DNA of 64,000 nt from Tubulanus polymorphus (taxonomy: Eukaryota > Animalia > Nemertea), in the NCBI RefSeq assembly GCF_964204645.1, contig NC_134025.1, forward strand, positions 11,718,001 to 11,782,000, in the 5' to 3' direction. The translations under genes were made by a program, and so were the position numbers. This document shows positions 63,073 to 64,000 of the stretch, piece after piece. The notes under the pieces are model-generated. The model was not told the DNA's origin. It searched no databases and saw only the letters and a list, made by a program, of their open reading frames with translations. Within the stretch, counting starts at the first letter, position 1, and each line of letters opens with the position of its first letter.

Positions 63073-64000
63073 TGTTTCCGAGGGGTTGTAAAGACGGCCA
63101 ACCATGTAGTATTAGGAAAATAATTATATTCATTCCATAATTTATGTGTAAAAGCAGCTATATAGCAGAGCCAATTCGAGCCAATTCATATAAGGAGGGG
63201 CCCGAAACAGAGAGACAGAGAGCGAGGGAGACAGAGAGACACACCGGAACTGGAGAACAGCCCTGGGAACAGAATAGAAATGAAAGCTATACTATTCACT
63301 GGAGAAGATTTCTTTTAACGTTTCATTTTACTATCACCGGTGGAGAACAACCGGGCAACGTCACAGACAAGTAACTAGTGCGACATCGGAACAAGTGAGT
63401 TTTAGTTTTCAAACGGAATTTGACAGAATGAATGTGCCAATTTTAACGTTGTCAGGGTCTGTAGAAAAGAGCGATAATGGTGGACAGGCATTAGCACCTG
63501 GTCTACCCGATTTGCAGTTGCAGCTAATGCAGCTGCAGGCGCAAATTGCATCGCTTGTTTCAGACACGTTTGACAAGCTACCGTTCAAACTGGATGACAC
63601 ATTTTCGGGTAACTCAGACGAAGACGTAAATAGTTTTCTTAGGGATTTCGAAGCTAGAGTCAATTTTGGGGGATGGAAAAAGTCGATGGCTGTAGTGGCT
63701 TTTCCGATGTGCTTAAGCGGAAGAGCTAAAAATTATTTTTATGAGTTAAAAGATCAAAGTAAGGACGAACAAGGAAGTGCCACAGATGTTAATTTAGAAA
63801 ATTTTTATAAATTGTTTAAAGAGAAGTTCGGTGGTAAAGACATGTAATGGGTTTTACAATCGGAATTTTATTCAATTGAAATGAAGGAAGGAGAATCATT
63901 AGATTCTTACATATCTCGAGTGGTTGGGGTGGCTACTAGGCTACGCAAAAGGGGCGATGATATTTTGCAACCCTTTATTCACGGGTTACTACCGAATACT
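63073..64000 (+). mobile_element. Further LTR element (short LTR-like segment, then gag with an internal stop), running off the window
   Basis: Abrupt break in RT at TGTTTCC; TATA and GA-rich segment ending ...GTCACA (~63366); gag DTFSGNSDEDVNSFLRDFE...GW...FPMCLSGRAKNYF...MKEGESLDSY. Confidence 0.7.

Overview
AT-rich eukaryotic (invertebrate-animal-like) genomic DNA. The first ~20.6 kb holds two convergent spliced genes: the last five coding exons of an SLC22A15-like organic cation transporter (+, 22-1907) and a complete aftiphilin (AFTPH) gene (-, seven coding exons, 9211-19031, probable promoter ~20.5 kb), with MITEs and SINE-like repeats in between. From ~20.7 kb to the end there is a nested transposon stack. 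It contains: a LINE 3' fragment split by a full-length BEL/Pao LTR element, itself split by a 1.76-kb long-TIR element; a full-length Penelope-like element with pseudo-LTR, TSD and a degenerate hammerhead ribozyme; palindromic MITEs; a (GAC)n tract; and a pile of Ty3/Gypsy elements. The most unusual content is in the tRNA-Phe-primed Gypsy family. Between PBS and gag it carries an accessory region with ~63-bp-periodic tRNA T-arm/B-box-like hairpins that also encode (W/R)DSNP peptide repeats, Cys/His zinc-finger-like modules, and an ORF with three CtBP-type PxDLS-like motifs. One LTR-complete copy keeps gag, a -1 frameshift signal and protease but lacks RT/RNaseH/integrase. An envelope (F-type) gene fragment lies nearby. 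All assignments are by eye; no searches were run.
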